Below are positions 36,262-46,577 of a stretch of DNA of 64,000 nt, in pieces. The notes below the pieces were generated by a model, which was not told where the DNA came from, did no database searches, and saw only the letters and a list, made by a program, of their open reading frames with translations. Positions within the stretch are counted from its first letter, which is position 1. Every line of letters starts with the position of its first letter. Origin of the DNA: a phage; the sequence record PZ386969.1. One strand, given 5' to 3'. A program made the position numbers and the translations under genes.

Positions 36262-38544
36262 TTATACAACACAGCTATCGCACTGAGTTTCCTCAGCCTG
36301 CTTCAGCTCTTCGTCTTCCTTGGCGTCCTTGTTTGTGTTGTAATACAGAGTCTTGCCACCCCACATATAGAACGACAGGATATCCTGCATCATCTTGGCG
36401 CGAGGGATCTTGCTGTCAGGGTACTTCTCTGGGTCATACCACGTGTTGGTACTGATGGACTGGTCAACCCAGCGCTGGATGACAGCAGCGGTCTTCAGGT
36501 ACTCAATACAGTCCAGGTCCCACTTGAGGTCATACATCGGTCCAAGGGTCTCAACGTCCGGGACGACCTGCTTATAAGTGCCGTCCTTGCTACCCTTGAT
36601 GCTCACCAAGCCCTTCGGTGGCTCAATGCCGTTCGTTGCGTTGAGGACCTGTGAGGAGCTTTCGGTAGGGGCTACTGCCAGCAGAGTGGCGTTGCGGATA
36701 CCATAGGTCTTCAGATTATCCTTCAACTCATCCCAATCCAGCCCGTATGCCATCCCTTCTGGCTTCTTGCCATTTGGTAGGATATCAAGTGGAAGCGGCT
36801 GAAGGTCGGCGGTGACCTGCCCATTATTGTGGATGGTTCTGCGTTTACACGCCCCGAACTTCATGGCCAGACGGTTGGACGCCTTGACCAGATAGAAGTG
36901 CAGGTGTGCCATCCACGCATCCAGCATTTCAAGACCAGCTGGTGAGCCATAGCCCGTGAAGTTCTTGGCCAGGAAGTGAGCCACATTCACGATACCAACA
37001 CCCAGAGGACGATAGTCTTCAACAGCCTTGCGAGCCTGAATCGCTGGATAGTCCTGATATTCCAACAGCATGTCCAGCGCAGACACCAACACGAACGCCA
37101 CGTCTTCCATTTCCGTAGGATCTTCGAACGCTGTCAGGTTGAAGGAAGCCAGGGTGCACAGAGCCACGCGCCCGTTTTCATCGTTGTACTGCTCAAACTC
37201 ACGGGTCGGCAGGGCGATTTCTAAACAAAGATTTGAAGAATAAATCGTGTCTAGGTTGAATGGACTGTATTCATTCATGTGATCGACAAATGCGATGTAG
37301 ATGCGGCCTGTGTCTGAACGCTGGTCTAACAGCATCTGGAACACCTCTTCTGCCTGCAACTTTTTAGCACGAACCAAACCAGCATCAGCGGCCTTGATCA
37401 TGTTCTCATACAGAGTACGGAACTTGTCAACGTCAGCGAAGTATGCTTCATACATTTCGCGGTTGTCTTTCGGGTCGAACAGATACAGAGGCTGCTTGGC
37501 AACAAGGCGCTCAAACATCACGCGGTTGATCTGAATGCCATAGTCGATACGACGTTCGCGGTTTTCTTCAGTACCACGGTTGTTCTTCAGAACAACGACG
37601 TCATCGAACTGGTAATGCCACAGAGGGATGTACGCTGTTGCTGCACCACCACGAATGCCGCCCTGAGAGCACGATTTGAGTGCCCCAGTGAGATACTTGA
37701 TGAACGGGATCAGGCCTGTGTGAACCATCTCTCCGCCGCGAATAGGACTACCAATCCCACGGATTGCCCCGACATCGAAGCCGATACCCGCACGTTTGGA
37801 CACATAGTCAACGATGGTCTTGGCTGTTGCGTTGATAGAGTTCAGGGTGTCATCAGTCTTGATTAACACACAGGAACTGAACTGACGGGTAGGAGTACGA
37901 ACACCTGCCATAATCGGGGTGGGAAGACTGAACTTGCCTGTGCTGGCATATTCATAGAACTTTTTCACCATCTCCAGGCGGCTGGCTTTGTCCCAGTTAG
38001 AGAACAACGCCATGGCGATGCCCATGTACATGACCTGAGGGGTTTCGTAGAAGATCTTGCTGTCTTTCTTGGAACGGTCGCGCAACAGGTACTTCTCAGT
38101 CAGCTGACCCATGGCCGCCCACGTGAAGTTCTTATCGCGTTTGTGATTGATGACGTCGTTCAGCTCGTTGAACTCTTCGGTCGTGTAGAGATCAAGGAAC
38201 TCACGATCATACACGCGCTGTTTGATGTTCTTGACGAAGATGTCCAGCAGGTGAGGCGGCTTGTACTGACCATAGACAGCCTTGCGCAGATCATACGACT
38301 TCAGACGAGCAGCCACATACTGGTAATTGGGTTTGTCTACAGAGATCAGTGAAGCCGCAGCCTGGATGAGGATATCCTGAATGCGATCTGTTCTCATGTT
38401 GTCGGTGAACTGAATCTTAGATGCAGCGATCACCTCTGACATTGACACACCAGACAGGCCATCACATGCGCGGTCTACGACTGCGTGTAGTTTCTCAATA
38501 TCAAATGGGACAGAAGATCCGTCACGTTTTATAACGTTAATCAT
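36262..38544 (-). CDS. nrdA: ribonucleotide reductase large subunit (class Ia, NrdA)
   Basis: 760 aa; N-terminal ATP-cone (MINVIKRDGSSVPFDIEKL), catalytic core, C-terminal Cys pair (CDSCVV). Confidence 0.95.
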   Translation of the reverse strand: MINVIKRDGSSVPFDIEKLHAVVDRACDGLSGVSMSEVIAASKIQFTDNMRTDRIQDILIQAAASLISVDKPNYQYVAARLKSYDLRKAVYGQYKPPHLLDIFVKNIKQRVYDREFLDLYTTEEFNELNDVINHKRDKNFTWAAMGQLTEKYLLRDRSKKDSKIFYETPQVMYMGIAMALFSNWDKASRLEMVKKFYEYASTGKFSLPTPIMAGVRTPTRQFSSCVLIKTDDTLNSINATAKTIVDYVSKRAGIGFDVGAIRGIGSPIRGGEMVHTGLIPFIKYLTGALKSCSQGGIRGGAATAYIPLWHYQFDDVVVLKNNRGTEENRERRIDYGIQINRVMFERLVAKQPLYLFDPKDNREMYEAYFADVDKFRTLYENMIKAADAGLVRAKKLQAEEVFQMLLDQRSDTGRIYIAFVDHMNEYSPFNLDTIYSSNLCLEIALPTREFEQYNDENGRVALCTLASFNLTAFEDPTEMEDVAFVLVSALDMLLEYQDYPAIQARKAVEDYRPLGVGIVNVAHFLAKNFTGYGSPAGLEMLDAWMAHLHFYLVKASNRLAMKFGACKRRTIHNNGQVTADLQPLPLDILPNGKKPEGMAYGLDWDELKDNLKTYGIRNATLLAVAPTESSSQVLNATNGIEPPKGLVSIKGSKDGTYKQVVPDVETLGPMYDLKWDLDCIEYLKTAAVIQRWVDQSISTNTWYDPEKYPDSKIPRAKMMQDILSFYMWGGKTLYYNTNKDAKEDEELKQAEETQCDSCVV

Positions 38545-38626
38545 GGTGTTCCTCGGGTTTGTTTACGCAGGTTTATTATACGCCGCCCTCGTAGATTGAA
38601 GGCGGCGGGGAGGGTTGGTGAGTTAC

Positions 38627-39469
38627 TTAAATGTCGTACAGATCGTTGACTTCCAGCATCAGGCGGGTGAAGTCGCCGCGCCCGTTGCGGTCAGACTTGT
38701 CGAACTCGATGATACTGAACGGCTGAACCCATTCAGGGTACTCATCACCGACGCCAACACCATCGATCTTCAGGGTTCCGGCCTCCAGCTTGGCGTTGAA
38801 GTCGCGGAAGGAACTGACGTACTTTTCAAGGGCGCTGTCGCGCAGGCGCTTGTTGGACTGTTTGATGTCACCGTTGACGAAGATGTAAGTCGAGTCGGAT
38901 GCGCGGGTCAGTAGGTTCTTCAACTGCTCCATATCACATTCCTGCGCTTCTTCAATGATCAGGAAGGTGTCGTCGAAGGTCATCCCCTTGATGGTCTCCA
39001 GATCCTGGATCTCAATGATCCGCTTCTCCCACAGATAGTTGAAGAAACCGTCGCTACCTGTGTCAGTCTTCAGCACCTTCTTCAGCGTCTGAATCAGGGG
39101 CATCAGATATGGCATCAGTTTTTCGTATGTGTCGCCAGGGCGGAAGCCTGCAGTCTGGCCTGTTGGCAGCGGAGAGCGCGTGATGACGATCTTGCTGACC
39201 ACTTTATCGATCAGGAGCTTGGCGGCGGCTGAGGCACCACAATACGATTTACCTGTGCCTGCCGGACCGATTGCGATGGTGAGGTTTTCTTCAAGAGCAG
39301 ATTGATACGCGAGGTTCTGATTTTCTGAGAGGCCATTGAACGGAGCGATTCTGAAGTCACCTTTAGAGAACTTCATCCAGTCATCTTCTTTCTGGATTGT
39401 CTCTTTCTTACGTGCTGACTTGGTCTTGCCCGCTGGCTTCTTACTTACAACTTTGGTGGCAGATTGCAT
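38627..39469 (-). CDS. phoH: PhoH-like ATPase
   Basis: Walker A GPAGTGKS and PhoH-family core; 280 aa. Confidence 0.8.
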   Translation of the reverse strand: MQSATKVVSKKPAGKTKSARKKETIQKEDDWMKFSKGDFRIAPFNGLSENQNLAYQSALEENLTIAIGPAGTGKSYCGASAAAKLLIDKVVSKIVITRSPLPTGQTAGFRPGDTYEKLMPYLMPLIQTLKKVLKTDTGSDGFFNYLWEKRIIEIQDLETIKGMTFDDTFLIIEEAQECDMEQLKNLLTRASDSTYIFVNGDIKQSNKRLRDSALEKYVSSFRDFNAKLEAGTLKIDGVGVGDEYPEWVQPFSIIEFDKSDRNGRGDFTRLMLEVNDLYDI

Positions 39470-39571
39470 GGGAACCTTCCTATATCTCAGGGTGTCATCA
39501 CCTCTAATTAAGGTGACAACCCCAGCATACCTGAGGATTGGATAAAGAAAAGGCCGTTTCCGGCCTTTGAG

Positions 39572-40366
39572 TTAACTGAAACTCTTGTATGCTGCTGCGA
39601 GCTTCTTGTCGTACTGGTTCTTGGCATACGCCGGACCATTATAGCGCCGTGCAAATTCAGACCAGTTCTTGTCCTTCAGAGCCTGCCAGAGCTTGGCGTC
39701 AGCCTTGATGAACTTCACGAATGCCATCAAATGAGCACGTTCTCCTGTCAGGAAGTCGTTGAACATCTCCTTGGCGTTGGCATATCCACAGACCTGGCAG
39801 TTGAATCCCATGATCTGGAAGAGACCGTAAGAGGCACTCTCGTACGCACAATCCTCGTCGATGTTGATCGCTGCATGAAGTCGATCCAACTCCGCGTCAC
39901 CACCCGTGTACCCGCCTGCGGAAGGACTGACCAACGTCGGGTACATATGTCCCATGGCATTCGCCCGAGCCTGTCCGAACTTCGCCGTCAGCTTCTTATA
40001 CATGATGTGGCGCTCAAATAATGTCTTGATCTTACCTGACTTGGTGAAGCCCGTACCGCGTGACTCAACCTGATTCACCGCCTTGGCAGAGGCGAGGTCA
40101 ACACCCAGATCGTTAGCAGCATCAATCAGGTCTGATTCAGTTAGATGATCCTGATGGGCGTCTCCGGCGTTGCGAATAGCATAGGAGGTCTTTGGACCTA
40201 CGATACCATCAATGACAAGCCCCGCACCCGCCTGAACAGTCTTGACAGCGTTCTCTGTTGCCTTGCCAAAGATACCATCAGCGACGAGGGTGAAGCCGAT
40301 TTTGTTGAGGCTATTCTGAAGTGCCTTCACTTCAGTGCCACGGTTGCCAAGTTTTAGAATGGCCAT
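39572..40366 (-). CDS. endolysin (N-terminal peptidoglycan-binding domain, C-terminal muramidase-like domain)
   Basis: Start moved to ATG (MAILKLGN) with GGAGG RBS; PG-binding repeat (GFTLVADGIFGKATENAV...DGIVGPKT); C-terminal ESASYGLFQIMGFN motif. Confidence 0.7.
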   Translation of the reverse strand: MAILKLGNRGTEVKALQNSLNKIGFTLVADGIFGKATENAVKTVQAGAGLVIDGIVGPKTSYAIRNAGDAHQDHLTESDLIDAANDLGVDLASAKAVNQVESRGTGFTKSGKIKTLFERHIMYKKLTAKFGQARANAMGHMYPTLVSPSAGGYTGGDAELDRLHAAINIDEDCAYESASYGLFQIMGFNCQVCGYANAKEMFNDFLTGERAHLMAFVKFIKADAKLWQALKDKNWSEFARRYNGPAYAKNQYDKKLAAAYKSFS

Positions 40367-40395
40367 AAGAAATACCTCCACAATGAGTGCAGAGG

Positions 40396-40403
40396 TATTT
40401 AAA
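40396..40403 (-). promoter_or_regulatory. possible late promoter variant (TTTAAATA) upstream of endolysin
   Basis: One-mismatch variant of TATAAATA about 30 nt upstream of the endolysin ATG. Confidence 0.25.
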
Positions 40404-40537
40404 GTGAAAGTGAACTACTCGAGGAGCTGGGGGAGACTTTGTTCTGAACCCAGAGAGCGCCTAAAGAGGATTGAATGACTGTGATCTCCTCCCAAGACCT
40501 GATAGGGGGAGTTGCCTCCCCTGTGTACACGTCTGGA

Positions 40538-41026
40538 TTAGGCTAGTTTGCTCACCAGATCTTCAACTGCGTCGGCGCTCAGTTTACCCATTTTGACGTA
40601 CTGAGCTTTTGCTTCGCCGCCAGCAGCTTTCACGATGTCGGTGTTGTCGTATCCCTTCTTAGGGAAGACCATCACAGAGAAGGAACCGTTGTTCAGTGGG
40701 TTCAGCTGGATGCGACCTTTACCGACTACGATGGTGCCGTAAGTTTCGGTCTTTGCTTCGACAATGTGAATGTCGTGGCCCAGGCTTTTCAGCATACCAA
40801 CTTTGTCGGCAGTCTTAGCAACCACAGCTTTATCAACCACAACCTGCTCTACCAGGGTGAAGCCGTTAGTCGCTTTCACTTTACCGTTCAGCAGGTTCAT
40901 GAAGGAAGTTTTGCCACCAGTGAAGCCAGCTGCCTGAGCGATGCGGAACATTTCAACTTTAGCAACTTCGGTGTTCAGTTCGAAAGAGATGGTGCCGTTG
41001 GTGATCAGAGTTTTGGTAGTAGCCAT
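40538..41026 (-). CDS. hypothetical protein (strong early promoter)
   Basis: ORF 40538..41137; start moved to ATG (MATTKTL) with GAGGAA RBS; strong early promoter with A/T-rich upstream element. Confidence 0.45.
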   Translation of the reverse strand: MATTKTLITNGTISFELNTEVAKVEMFRIAQAAGFTGGKTSFMNLLNGKVKATNGFTLVEQVVVDKAVVAKTADKVGMLKSLGHDIHIVEAKTETYGTIVVGKGRIQLNPLNNGSFSVMVFPKKGYDNTDIVKAAGGEAKAQYVKMGKLSADAVEDLVSKLA

Positions 41027-41098
41027 GATGTAATTCCTCATAATGTAGTTGGTACGTTTCACTTTCATTCGGCGGTGTGTTGCCGCCCTATGTGAATT

Positions 41099-41165
41099 AT
41101 AATAGTGCGCTATTATTGAATAGTAAAGTCTTTTCAATAAATTTTTAAAATATTTTTGAAATATT
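41099..41165 (-). promoter_or_regulatory. early promoter D with A/T-rich upstream element
   Basis: Minus strand GACTTTACT-17 nt-TATTAT, preceded by an A/T-rich run (TTAAAATATTTCAAAAATATTTTAAAAATTTATTG); drives the gene starting at 41026. Confidence 0.45.
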
Positions 41166-41220
41166 TTAAAAAGACCTCATTCGACGAGGCCTGGAGGGAA
41201 GTAATGTGAAGTAAAAAGTT

Positions 41221-41427
41221 TTAGTTCGGGCGAAATCTTACAAACTCGCGAGCCAATTCGGCCTGCTCAGCACTGATGGGAACCCCATGGAAGTCCGCCT
41301 GACCATTCTTCCAGCCGTGGATGAAACTCGGAGACTCTTCCCCAGATAGGACATATCCCTCACGAGATTTCAAGTACCCCCGCACGATCTCTCCGTCGTC
41401 CAGTTTGTTCAGTTCTTCTAACGTCAT
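41221..41427 (-). CDS. hypothetical protein
   Basis: 68-aa ORF overlapping the primase stop. Confidence 0.4.
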   Translation of the reverse strand: MTLEELNKLDDGEIVRGYLKSREGYVLSGEESPSFIHGWKNGQADFHGVPISAEQAELAREFVRFRPN

Positions 41428-42485
41428 CTCACTTTCCTCAGTTCAGCAAATTGCAGTGATGCGGCCATCCCCTGGTAGACGTTCTGGGCGATCAGCTTCA
41501 GGAGGTCTCGTATGGCCATGTTACCCTTCGAAGGCATGACCATATCATTGATGTCCTTCCACGGAATATTCGGTGGGAAGAGGACGACCTTGACACCTTT
41601 ATCTATCATCTTCTGAATACCATCACATACCTGTGGGTTCCGGTACTGGTTGTCGGGGATATAGATGTCGCCCTTCACACTCAGTAGATCGGCGTCGGCT
41701 GATGCAAGACAGTTGGGTAGGAACAGGCTGTCAATCGGACCTTCCACAACCAGCTTGGTCTTGTGAAAGTTCACCCGGTCTTCACCATAGACCTTAGTGT
41801 CTTCATCGCGCGGCTTGACAGTAGAGTAACGCAGTACCCCATCACGCACTTCAAATGCACGTCCCTGGACGATCTTCATACGCCCGTCTTGCGTCCAGAA
41901 TGGAATCACCAGCCGTTCGTCATCGGGGATTTTCAGCTGCTTCTCGGGGTTCGTTTCGAACTGGAGTAGATCCTGGCGGAAGTGTTGGGTGTAATACAGG
42001 AGGGGCAACGTGCTCTCCGGCATTCCCCTGCCCTGTACGTACTGCCGAGCCTTATGGTCAGGCGGTAGCAGATCAAGCCGGAGCATATTGCCGAGGAGGC
42101 TCTCGTCGCGTTTAGCCTCCATTGAACCGATACGGGCTGACTGTGTCAGCTTTGGCAAAGGCTTCAGCGCCGGGAGCGGTTTGGAAGATGAATCACCCAG
42201 CAGACGGAACTTCTCCATGTTGTACTCAGTGGACAAGCGTTCATCAAACTTCTTCAACCAGAACTCAAACGCCCAGCCACTCATGTTATGGCAATTATGA
42301 CATTTAAACCGAAAGCAATCATTATCTCGATCGAAGAAGAAATAACCGCGTCGCTTGTTAGCACTTTTGAGAGAATCTCCACAAATTGGGCATCTAAAAT
42401 TTGCGACAGACCCAACACGTTCCCACTTGAATTTATCGAGTCTAGGAGCAACGTAATTTATGAATTGTTCATCAAGAAATTTCAT
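41424..42485 (-). CDS. DNA primase (T4 gp61-like, zinc finger + TOPRIM)
   Basis: N-terminal zinc finger CPICGDS...CHNCH; TOPRIM-like acidic motifs (LVVEGPIDSLFL); 353 aa. Confidence 0.75.
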   Translation of the reverse strand: MKFLDEQFINYVAPRLDKFKWERVGSVANFRCPICGDSLKSANKRRGYFFFDRDNDCFRFKCHNCHNMSGWAFEFWLKKFDERLSTEYNMEKFRLLGDSSSKPLPALKPLPKLTQSARIGSMEAKRDESLLGNMLRLDLLPPDHKARQYVQGRGMPESTLPLLYYTQHFRQDLLQFETNPEKQLKIPDDERLVIPFWTQDGRMKIVQGRAFEVRDGVLRYSTVKPRDEDTKVYGEDRVNFHKTKLVVEGPIDSLFLPNCLASADADLLSVKGDIYIPDNQYRNPQVCDGIQKMIDKGVKVVLFPPNIPWKDINDMVMPSKGNMAIRDLLKLIAQNVYQGMAASLQFAELRKVR

Positions 42486-42728
42486 TAGATCTTCTGCCTC
42501 TGGAACACTTCGGTCACAGTATAGTCTACATCACGACTTTGAGCTATACACAGTTGTCGTCAAGCCCCATACAATATATTCTGTTTATCAGCCGTGTTGC
42601 GCTCGAAGTGGGCGAAGCCGTCCAAGAGATTCATGTAGCTGCGCATGTGTCGGGGTAAAGATTTTGCTCATTGTCCTTTCCTTTTGGCGAATAATGAGCA
42701 AAATTATATGCCTTTATTTCGTATTGAC

Positions 42729-43082
42729 TTACGACAGCTGCTTCAGTTTGTAGATCGTCTGGTAGCACAGTGTCTTGATATCGTCAAGAGTGCTCTGAAG
42801 GTGGGAGTCACACTGCTTGTAGATGCCATCGACGTCTATCACCACACTGTTAATATAGGAGATAGGGTCTGGGTTGTACAATTTGATATTCTCGAATGAT
42901 GGAACATACTGACCACCCGCACCGATGTATGCTTCGGTAAACGTGTCCAGCAAGCCCTCCAATTCCCCGTAGAACTCCCCGAGTGCCTTGTGCTTGGCAT
43001 AGGATGTTGTAACGAAGTGCAAGGCATGAGAGTGGGCTATAGCAAGCAGTCCACGGTTGATGAAAATACTCGCATTGACCAT
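42729..43082 (-). CDS. hypothetical protein
   Basis: ORF 42729..43136; start tentatively moved to internal ATG (MVNASIF). Confidence 0.35.
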   Translation of the reverse strand: MVNASIFINRGLLAIAHSHALHFVTTSYAKHKALGEFYGELEGLLDTFTEAYIGAGGQYVPSFENIKLYNPDPISYINSVVIDVDGIYKQCDSHLQSTLDDIKTLCYQTIYKLKQLS

Positions 43083-43093
43083 GATGTTGTCCT

Positions 43094-43128
43094 CAGAAAA
43101 AGAAATCCCCCTGTATTTAAGGGGGATT
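43094..43128 (-). terminator. intrinsic terminator
   Basis: Minus strand AATCCCCCTTAAATACAGGGGGATTTCTTTTTCTG. Confidence 0.6.
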
Positions 43129-43155
43129 ATGATCATGGCTTGACAAGAGTTTCAC

Positions 43156-43461
43156 TTAGTCTTTGTCGGCAGGCTTGCCAAAGAAGAATTCGAAGCCGTC
43201 ATGGACAGCAACAACTTCCTGGCCTTGGGTAATGCCATGGGTCTGATCCGGAGTCAGCTTCACCTTGATAGTGTTGCCGTTGGTTAACTCCAGGTTGTAG
43301 ACATCCGCCTGATTGTCAGGGGTGATCTGGGTCACGGTAGCGCCGGAACACCACTGGGTGCCGTCAGCTTGCTTGGTGATGGATACGGTCTTACCCTGGA
43401 CACCAGCATGGGTCTGAGGTTTAGCGGCTTGTTCTTTAAAATATTCGATAAACGGTTTCAT
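43156..43461 (-). CDS. small late protein (hypothetical)
   Basis: GAGGAG RBS; exact TATAAATA box about 25-30 nt upstream; 101 aa. Confidence 0.45.
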   Translation of the reverse strand: MKPFIEYFKEQAAKPQTHAGVQGKTVSITKQADGTQWCSGATVTQITPDNQADVYNLELTNGNTIKVKLTPDQTHGITQGQEVVAVHDGFEFFFGKPADKD

Positions 43462-43485
43462 CTTAATCTCCTCGGGGATTTCAGT

Positions 43486-43493
43486 TATTTATA
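43486..43493 (-). promoter_or_regulatory. T4-type late promoter box TATAAATA
   Basis: Minus strand CTTATAAATAAC directly after the terminator hairpin and about 25-30 nt upstream of the ATG at 43461. Confidence 0.5.
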
Positions 43494-43517
43494 AGCCCCC
43501 GAAGGGGCTTTCAATGA

Positions 43518-46502
43518 TCAGATCTTAATCTGCATGTTGCCACCCAGGGACTGCTCGTACTCGCTGTATGCGCTTTCCCCGTTGTCTTGTGACCACTGGT
43601 CAGACTGCTGGGCGCGAGCCAGAGTCATCAGGTTTGGTTCAGTCGGGTTGTAACCCTTGGACTTCGCATCCCGGTACAGTGTCTGCAGGTACTGGTTGGC
43701 GCGGTCAATCTGAGCTTTGAACTCGCGATATGCCCCTTCAGTTGTGTTGCGGCGGAAGGTGATATCCCAGTCCACGTTCAGAGTCTGACCATCACGGCTT
43801 GCATAGATCTGCCAATCCAGGTCGCGACCTTTTGGTGCGTTGTCGCGAATGGAGTCGGCGTATGCCGCAAGGTCGTCCTTCGGATTGTGCGACGTGCTTT
43901 TCAGAAATAGTGCATGACCCATACCACCGTTTGGCTGAAGAGACCATTTTCCTGTTTCTCTTCCCAGGCGTTCTATGTTGTTGAGTTGGTTTATCGACAA
44001 TTCAGAAGAGTCAAATAATACCACATCACGTTTTTTGGGGGTTCTCACATAAGGGGTGAGATCGATGTCGATCATCCGGTTTATAAATTCTACCACTTCA
44101 GCTTGTTTCTTGGGCAATGTGATATTGATATCCGGCGTGTTTGCTACTTTCTCCAGGCGTTTATTTTCTGCGCTTATCATGGACAGCATAATTTGTGTAA
44201 CTTTGCCGTCAGACAAGTTGTAATCATTCCAAATCACTTCACCTTTATCCGTGATGGTTATATCGTTCAAGAACACCTGGTTTGGGTTGTATGACTGACT
44301 TTTCAACTGTTGGAGGTTTCTGGAAAGATATACCATTTTTGATGAAATCTCATCAATCACACTCTGGACCATATCTTTGTTTAAAGGAAGTTCATATGTC
44401 TTCGGATTGTTCAGGGTACGCCCTTTCTGAGAGACAATTGGGGTGAATGCAACTTTACCTTTGTCGTAGTAATAGGTCACGTTGGTTATCATAGAAGTAC
44501 CGGCGTATTTTCCCGTTTCGGGGAAATTGACATCCCACCGAATGGACATACCGTTGACAGTCTCACCAAACACCATGGCGTTGCTTGGTATCTTCAGGGT
44601 TCCAGAGTTGACCAGATCAGCGCCTTGGGCATTCAGGTCGATAGAACCATAGATGGCCCCGGTGATACGATCTTTCAGCATCAGGGTCTTGTCGCCCTTC
44701 TCTGGGATGATTTCCAGCGGGTGCTTGCCACGCGGAGGTTCTTTGATGAGTTCCAGTAGAGCAGTGTTCCCTGGCTTCACACGATTCAGGACAGCGTCGG
44801 ACACTGTCAGAGTCCAGTTTGCGGTTTCCACATAACCCCAGCCCCGAGAACGGCGAATGGCTTTGATAGGATATGGAGCGCTTGTTGGCACTGCGCTAAT
44901 TTCCCATTTGCCAGTGTACTGGGTCTTAGCAACCTCAAAGATGGACGCAATTACCGCCTTGGCGACGTCACGGGCGCTACCTTTGGCCACGTTCTCCTCT
45001 TCAGCAATTTCGCTGAAAACTGAGTATTGAACGAAACCAGCGAGGACGTTTGTGAAGTTGACAACGATAACCAACCCGCCTGCCGTCGTGTAACGACCAG
45101 CGCCCACGCGACGGATGTTTTCACCAGGAAGAATAGAAGTGTCCAGCCCAACGTTGGTATCAATGATACCCAGAACACGAGCGATGAAACCGCTGTCACG
45201 TAATTGATCAACACTGGTTGCACCCTCGGTCGAATCTGATGTGGATTTAGACACTTTGTTCAACTTGATAGAGACAAGGGTTTCCCCGTTGACACCGATG
45301 ATATCCCATTCAGTACCCTGCTCGTTCGAGGTGCGGGCAATCTTGCGCTTTGAATTGATGGCACCTTCGTAACGCCCGTTCTTGACCACAACAGAGGCTG
45401 TGGCAGCATCAGCCGCACTTGCTGCATTTGAAAAGTCTGGGTCAGAAATACTGATGTCGACGTCACCGTTTTGAGAACGCATGCGAACGCCGTTTTTGAA
45501 TCGTTCCACGTTTACTTCCCGAGCACCAAGTCGTTTGGCATCAATAACAGCAGTTCCAGAACCGATAATGTTGGCTGGGTTATTTCTGTCCGAACCTGCC
45601 GGCACAACAGGCGCAGATTTCTGTTGAGAACCTTTCCAAAATTTTGTGGACGCCGTGGTGAAATCATTCAGGATACTGATAGGGACTTGTGGTAATTTCA
45701 ACTGACGAGCAATGAAATCAGCACTTTGCCCACGCACAGGTTTCTCATTCATGTATGCGCCAACATACACGCCCGGCTCATTGTAGTGGGGAGCGATATT
45801 TGCCGTATTCGTGCGGCCTCTCTCCTTACCAGCCCATATCAACATGGGCTGATCCCCGTTTGAAGTTAATTTCCATCCGTTGGAATTATCAACAGAAGAT
45901 GACACACCCACATCCGGAGTATTGTTCTGAACCGGAACGTCACCGACCTTGTCTGGATCATCCCAGGTGATACCCTGCATCTTCGGACCGTCGAATACCT
46001 GAGCCGGATCTTTGCCCTTACGAACTAGCCACACATAACCACGGTCAGGGACAGGCGCGTAGGTCAGGTCCATGACATTCAGTTTCTGCTTCAGACCGGA
46101 CTGGCGGATGATCTTAGGAATCAGGGTCATACCGCGATCCAGCGCTTTCTTCGAGAAGTTGACAGCATAGCCATCGATAGTTTTGCCCAGAGGAGTCGCC
46201 ATGAATTGTTTGGTCGCTTCGATCATGGAAGCAATAACGCGCATTGGGTTCTTGAAGCGAGCGATGGCGTCAGGATAGACGGAGCCGCGCTTCTGGCCGA
46301 TGAAAACCTGACGAACGCTCTTGCCCAGTCCCTGAGGAGTATAGAACTGAATGCGGTATTCCTTATCATCTTCGTCGACGAAGGTGAAGAACACATCGCC
46401 TGCGTTCTTCTTGCCCATGGTCAGCTCATACGGAGCGGAGTTGAACGCTTCGTCCAACTGATCTCTTTCCTGCATGAACTGGAGGAAACTTAGCTTTGAC
46501 AT
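43518..46502 (-). CDS. large hypothetical protein (994 aa), possibly virion-associated
   Basis: Long uninterrupted ORF with AGGAG RBS; Gly/Asn/Ser-rich; no polymerase, P-loop or nuclease motifs recognised. Confidence 0.5.
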   Translation of the reverse strand: MSKLSFLQFMQERDQLDEAFNSAPYELTMGKKNAGDVFFTFVDEDDKEYRIQFYTPQGLGKSVRQVFIGQKRGSVYPDAIARFKNPMRVIASMIEATKQFMATPLGKTIDGYAVNFSKKALDRGMTLIPKIIRQSGLKQKLNVMDLTYAPVPDRGYVWLVRKGKDPAQVFDGPKMQGITWDDPDKVGDVPVQNNTPDVGVSSSVDNSNGWKLTSNGDQPMLIWAGKERGRTNTANIAPHYNEPGVYVGAYMNEKPVRGQSADFIARQLKLPQVPISILNDFTTASTKFWKGSQQKSAPVVPAGSDRNNPANIIGSGTAVIDAKRLGAREVNVERFKNGVRMRSQNGDVDISISDPDFSNAASAADAATASVVVKNGRYEGAINSKRKIARTSNEQGTEWDIIGVNGETLVSIKLNKVSKSTSDSTEGATSVDQLRDSGFIARVLGIIDTNVGLDTSILPGENIRRVGAGRYTTAGGLVIVVNFTNVLAGFVQYSVFSEIAEEENVAKGSARDVAKAVIASIFEVAKTQYTGKWEISAVPTSAPYPIKAIRRSRGWGYVETANWTLTVSDAVLNRVKPGNTALLELIKEPPRGKHPLEIIPEKGDKTLMLKDRITGAIYGSIDLNAQGADLVNSGTLKIPSNAMVFGETVNGMSIRWDVNFPETGKYAGTSMITNVTYYYDKGKVAFTPIVSQKGRTLNNPKTYELPLNKDMVQSVIDEISSKMVYLSRNLQQLKSQSYNPNQVFLNDITITDKGEVIWNDYNLSDGKVTQIMLSMISAENKRLEKVANTPDINITLPKKQAEVVEFINRMIDIDLTPYVRTPKKRDVVLFDSSELSINQLNNIERLGRETGKWSLQPNGGMGHALFLKSTSHNPKDDLAAYADSIRDNAPKGRDLDWQIYASRDGQTLNVDWDITFRRNTTEGAYREFKAQIDRANQYLQTLYRDAKSKGYNPTEPNLMTLARAQQSDQWSQDNGESAYSEYEQSLGGNMQIKI

Positions 46503-46577
46503 TTTATATCTCCTGACTGAATTAACGGCGGTTTCTTCTAATTAGCGAAACCAAAAGGGAGCGTCAGCCCCCTTATC

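Noticed and set aside
42486-42728. Plus-strand ORFs of 97 and 84 aa in the primase upstream region
   Set aside because: Region is better explained as the primase promoter/leader (a TATACT -10-like box) plus the terminator of the upstream gene
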